Below, piece after piece: positions 58,734 to 64,000 of a stretch of 64,000 bases of DNA (its first letter is position 1; the number at the start of each line of letters is the position of its first letter). Made by a program: the position numbers and the translations under genes. The stretch lies in NCBI GenBank assembly GCA_030265395.1, contig JARFYF010000029.1:9129925-9193924 (forward strand), given 5' to 3'. This DNA comes from Rhina ancylostomus. Taxonomy: Eukaryota. The notes under the pieces were generated by a model that was given only the letters and a program-made list of their open reading frames with translations, was not told the origin of the DNA and searched no databases.

Positions 58734-60361
58734 AAGCCTGAATCAAATATTAAGGTTATAGTGCCTAGTTCTGGAAAGGCAACACTCATGGACTTGAAAT
58801 TGCTGCGATCTCTGAAAGGTTTCACAATGATTTTATTGTTTGGCCAGTGTGCACAGCAGCCAGATGTGACTGCCGAGCTGCCTCAGCCTGTCGTGATGAA
58901 GAGTACCTTATGCTGCTAGGGATTTTGACCCCAAGAAGTGCAGTGGGCTTCAATGTTGTGGGGAATGCAAAATCACACCAGTGGCCTCAGACCCTCTTGC
59001 AGACTGGAGGTTGAAGTAGTTATTCAGCTGCAGATGCAAAGTGTGAAGATGTTAACATATCATCACTCTTGTCCTTAACATTCACACTTAGATCTGCATT
59101 TGGTGATACTTTCCACTTCATTGCTGTGGTGACAGTGTTCTGCAGTGATAACGACTCAACATTGCAAGCTCAACATCAGAATTGGCTTTATCGTCCATTG
59201 AAGCACATTGGGACGTCCCATTTTGTTAAGGCACAATATAAAAGGAAGTTACTGTTGGAGGATAGTGTAAGTAATTCTTGGCCTCAGAACAACCACACTA
59301 AAGCACATTTCCTCTTACATGTTCGTGGATCAACATTGCTGGTGACTGTCGATGGCCACTCCAGCCCAGACTAAGCTGTTGGCTCTCTTGGTTATAATTA
59401 AAAGGTATGGCAGTGGGAGGTCAACCAGACCATATATACACAATAAAAATGTTTTTATTTCAAACAGAATGGAGCTGAAGGATTCGTGGGAAAGTGAGGA
59501 TATTCAGCTCGATGGGTCAGGTGCCTCGGTTGCAGTTTTGGAGTTTACTAAACAGTGAAGCTTTTGTGAAGAGAAGAAGTCAGTGCAGGTGTAAATTGTG
59601 GGAATTGGATAGCTGAGAGCAGGGTCAGTGAGGGGGATGGTGAATGTCGCACAGGAGGAAAGGAGGGGGATATTCATTCTCCCTGCAAATTGTATTTTTG
59701 CAGTGACTTTGGCTATCCATCTCTGTTTAAGAGATTGTAAATAAGGCACATTGGCTCACATCCAGGTCTCTGGAAGTTTGTTAGTGAATGAGGAGGCTTT
59801 TTAAAAAATTTATGTTGTGTTTACACATTACATTCAGATGTAGGACAAAAGTATCTTTCAAACCATCTATGGCACCACTGGGAAGTTCAGACCATGTTGA
59901 TCAGCATGGTGGAATGGTAATGACACTGTCACTGTGATGAGATGTAATCCACGGCTTTTCATGAAGGAGGTGACGTGATCATTCTGAAGAGCTGAAGTGC
60001 CTTCGATCTGCTCCTGAAATCATTTTTTTTGTCTCTCGCAACTATCTAAAATCCCATGCTTCATTCTCTGCATCACCTGGATCACAGGTAGTTCTAATAC
60101 AATACGACTTTCTATAATGTGAGGTTTCTTGGAAACACAACTATTGCTTTATAGCAGAGCTATTTTTATTTGGCAAATTGTGAGATCCACCCCAACCGTG
60201 GCAAGTTGTGAAAGTGATTTTGGTAAACTTAGCACAGGTATGGAAACAGCTGCTGGCTGCCAACTGGTTTGCTCATCTTCAAGGAAGGGAACTTGCCAGA
60301 CCAGCTGATCTAAGCTATATGCAAGTCCAGCTCTGCATTGTTTACTGTGGCAAGGGAATGA

Positions 60362-60600
60362 AAAATACACATAGAGAATGCTGGAAATACTCAGCAGATC
60401 AGGCAGCCAATGTGGAGCAAGGAGCAGAGTTAATAATTCAGGAACCAGGAAGAAATGAAACAAGTTCTTAGTTTGCAGATAAAGGGGCAGGGGAAGATGG
60501 AACAAAGGGGACGATCTGTGTGAGGATGAAGACCAGGAGAGACTGAGTGCACCGGTGGTGGTATCAACTAAGGGAGGGTGCTGAAGACTTGTGCATATGG
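60362..60600 (-). mobile_element. Penelope-derived arm
   Basis: gaatgctggaaatactcagcagatcaggcagc...gagcagagttaat followed by a purine-rich tract. Confidence 0.6.
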
Positions 60601-60604
60601 CAAG

Positions 60605-60935
60605 CAAATAGGAAGGGAATGGATACGTTGGTCTTTATTGCTTGAGGATTTAAGTACAAGATATCCTGCTGTAATTATATAGTTGTCTAACTATAATATA
60701 GTTAGCAACTAGAATATCATGTGCTGGTCTGGTCTCCCTACCAGACAAAGGATATATTTGTTATTGAGGGAATGCAGCGAAGGTTCATCAGATTGTCATT
60801 CCCGAGAAGGCAGATTTCAAAGATGGATTGATACGAAAAGAATCAAGGGATTTGGAATGTGCAGGGAAGTCGCAGTGGAGTTAAACATCAGGCATGGAGG
60901 GGTGAATAGCCAAATGCTGCTTCTAAATATGTAAC
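60605..60935 (+). mobile_element. CR1 fragments, old
   Basis: tggtctttattgc, tggtctccctac, gagggaatgcagcgaaggttcatcagattg. Confidence 0.6.
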
Positions 60936-61605
60936 ATCTTGGCTTGATAGCAATGATGAGGAAATCAAACTGCAAATTCAGTTGTCCAACAACCATTTAC
61001 AGTGAAATCTCCATTACCTAAACTGCAGCGGAAAGTGAGATGATCACTATTCCCCCAAATTTTCCCTTTATAGGAGCATGTAGATTGAAATGTAAAACAG
61101 AAGTCCATTAGCCTTTTTGAGTAATTAGTGAGGAGTTTAAAACATTTGGCCATTCTCTCTGAAGAACAACAGAGACCTTGAAACGTCCTGCTGATAGTCC
61201 TTGAAAAGTTCATGGATTATCGGTCATTTCACTGCATGCGAGTTGCTTTGAGGTGTTTCTGAAAAGTTGCTATAGCAAAGCAGGCTGTTATTTTATTTCT
61301 TCCTTTGACTTGTTGGAACAGCTGACACCAAAATATGTAGGAAAACTCTTAATCCAGCATATTGGGACTAGGGATGTTTTTTCTATTGCATCAGATTCTT
61401 TCTATAATATCAGATTCTTGAACTGACCTCTCGTATGCNNNNNNNNNNNNNNNNNNNNNNNNNNNNNNNNNNNNNNNNNNNNNNNNNNNNNNNNNNNNNN
61501 NNNNNNNNNNNNNNNNNNNNNNNNNNNNNNNNNNNNNNNNNNNNNNNNNNNNNNNNNNNNNNNNNNNNNNNNNNNNNNNNNNNNNNNNNNNNNNNNNNNN
61601 NNNNN

Positions 61606-61935
61606 TAGATAGAGTAGATAACCAGCGCTTCTTTCCCAGGGCACCAGTGCTCAATACAAGAGGTCATGGCTTTAAAGTAATGGGTGGGAAGTTCAAGGGA
61701 AATATCAGAGGGAGGATTTTTACCCAGAAAGTGGTTGGGGCATGGAATGCACTGCCTGGGGTGCTGGTGGAGGCAGGTACATTGGTCAAATTCAAGAGAT
61801 TGTTAAGTAAGCATATGGAGGAATTTAAAATGGGGGATATGTGGGAGGAAGGGGTTAGATAGTCTTAGGTGTGGTTTAAAGGTTGGCACCACGTGGTGGG
61901 CCAAAGGGCCTGTATTGTGCTGTACTGTTCTATGG
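61606..61935 (+). mobile_element. CR1 3' end emerging from a gap
   Basis: NTRGHGFKVMGGKFKGNIRGRIFTQKVVGAWNALP; gggcctgtattgtgctgtactgttctatg. Confidence 0.9.
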
Positions 61936-62045
61936 TACCTTGATGCACTTGTGTATGGCCTGATCTGTCTGGATGGCATGCCAACGAAAGCTTTTCACTG
62001 TACCTCGGTACTCGTGACAATAATAAATCAATACCAATATTAATA
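61936..62045 (+). mobile_element. Rex1/Babar 3' tail
   Basis: cttttcactgtacctcggtactcgtgacaataataaatcaataccaat. Confidence 0.75.
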
Positions 62046-63634
62046 CCCCAATGCTCCTTCGATTTACTTATTTGAGATGTTACATGGTGTTACAATAAAT
62101 TTCCAAATAAACCTCGTGAGTTGGAAGGGAATGCAGGAAACATCACCTGGTTAGCCAGATGCGAAACTGTCAAATTGTCGGATAGCAGATTGTGGGAGTT
62201 TTTCTGTCATTGTGCTTGATCTTCCGTTGGCATTTATTTAAGTCATTTACCCTTTACACAGTCCTTCACCCTTTACACAGTCCTTCAGACCAGAGCGCAG
62301 GAAGGAGATGGAGATACTCAAACAGAGGGACAGGGATGCTTGAGGGTTCTCCTGCACTTGTTGGAGCAGTTGGTCAGAGAGAATCCTGGGCAGAGGAGTC
62401 CTAGATTGTCTTCCTGTCACTAAAATAAAATAGAAAACATTTTTAGACCCCTTATTAATGAATGCGCAGAGCATTGCGTTTTCCCTGTAAAGAAACTCGG
62501 TTAATTGAGTGCCACTGGCAGATCTGACTGAAGCATATTAGGTCCTTTGGGGCATGACAGGGTAGGTGTTAAGATGTTTATGTTTGTGGGGGAATCTCAA
62601 ACAAGGAGATGAAGCTGTGAGGGGAATCAGCTGGTAGGAAGAACCATAAAATTGGCTGAGATAAACTAATATTGTCTTTACATCAGAAGCATTAAAAGTG
62701 ATGTTCAGATAGACCCATGAATGAGGATCAGCACCATTTGCACTGGGCGAGTTTGATGCACTGAGTAAAAATTAGCGTTACTTTTAAAAAACAGTAGCTT
62801 TAAATTGTTTTTCTGAGTTTCCTTTAATATGGTGATTTTTGTCGTGTGCGGGTATGTGTGTGTAACCGACTGGATTAAGATCTGAAATAGGTTACATTTT
62901 CTAGACTATTGAATCAAATGAAATAATAAGTCAATTAACCCCATGACATTCAGAGCTAGGCTGCAGTTTTCATCAAAAAAAAACAATGAAATTTCAGTGG
63001 TCAGAGTAGCCACGAAATATGGACGTGACTGGATCGGACATAGCAATTCAAGCCTTTCTGCAGATTGGACAAGATTCAAACTAGTGAACTCTGGAGCTAA
63101 CAATGGACAAGGACAGCAAGTTACATAAAGACAACTGAAATGAAGTTTTTTTTTGTCATATATTTGTGGTTAAGTAGTTTAGTTGCTGTGACATTTAGGT
63201 TTTGCATCTCTAACTCCTTGGCTCTGGACTCATTGCAAACCAGATATTGTGAAGCAGTGAATGTTTTCCAAAATACTATTATTCCCTTGCATGGACACTA
63301 GTTGTTAGCTTGCTGACTTTTCTACTGTTATCTTCCCTTTATTTACACTATGTAGTATGTTTAAATAAATGCACAAATATGTCAGGTAGAGAGGAAGATG
63401 CTGCTTTCTGAAGATTCCGTTTTCACCCATACTTTGAGCAGAATGTTGTCAGAAGACACAGGCATACTTGACCTGAAGTTGATTTTATGATACAATGCCA
63501 GTATTACATAAGGAAAGATTGTATTTACATAGGACTTTCAGAACTTCAGGCTGTTCCAAAGATCTTTCCAGACAGTGAAGTCGCTGATCTGAACACAATA
63601 GCCTATTGAAACATTGCAATGTCCCTTGCACTAC

Positions 63635-64000
63635 ATTTCAATAAAAAGGCTGATGCCAGAAATGCAAGACTACCTCGATCAAGAAATGATGAACAGACTG
63701 GGTATCTTTTCTCTTGAGAAAAGAAGACTGAGGGGGTAACCCAGTGGTGACCTATAAAATGATAGGGAATACCTAATGTTCCCACTTGTGGCAAAGAGCC
63801 TGACCAGAGGCTATCGATAGAGAATAGTCAATGAGAAATCCAGTTGGGAATTCAGAAATAAATTTGCCAATGAGAGGTGAGAATGTGGAACATTCATGTT
63901 GTACATTCATGTAGAATGTACAACAAGGAGTGGTTGAAGCAAATAGTATAGATGCCTGGGCAAGGATCTGAGGAGAAAGGAATAGAAGTCTAACTGATGG
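63635..64000 (+). mobile_element. CR1 fragment, old (truncated by window end)
   Basis: gaacagactgggtatcttttctcttgagaaaagaagactgagggg; gagaatgtggaac; ggagtggttgaagcaaatag. Confidence 0.7.

Noticed and set aside
59455-59525. Acceptor tttcaaacag followed by MELKDSWESEDIQLDGS
   Set aside because: Weak donors and an unrecognised peptide; not enough for an exon call.
62249-62287. 19-bp tandem duplication (accctttacacagtccttc x2)
   Set aside because: Ordinary slippage duplication with no further structure.

Overview
Vertebrate genomic DNA, not prokaryotic. The repeat content (HE1-like V-SINEs, Deu-domain SINEs, CR1, Rex1/Babar, RTE, L2 and palindromic Penelope-derived elements) points to a cartilaginous fish, probably a ray, skate or sawfish; this is inferred from repeat families recognised by eye. 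The window looks like a large intron or gene desert. I found no host protein-coding exon, tRNA, rRNA or CRISPR that I can support, and the ORFs with recognisable motifs are decayed retrotransposon ORF2 fragments. Best-supported structures: a 447-bp solo LTR with an exact 4-bp TSD and intact CCAAT/TATA/polyA signals (55958-56404); a second solo LTR nested in a CR1 (38105-38857); a Tigger/pogo-type MITE with TA TSDs (19416-19670); several decayed minimal type-I hammerhead ribozyme motifs in Penelope-derived repeats; a V-SINE subfamily that seems to carry a Rex1-type tail; two unexplained local duplications; and homeodomain-site-rich unique segments that may be conserved enhancers. Repeat boundaries were set by eye (about +/-20 bp) unless TSDs or TIRs are quoted. 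Family names come from recall of consensus motifs, not from a database search. N gaps hide parts of some repeats.
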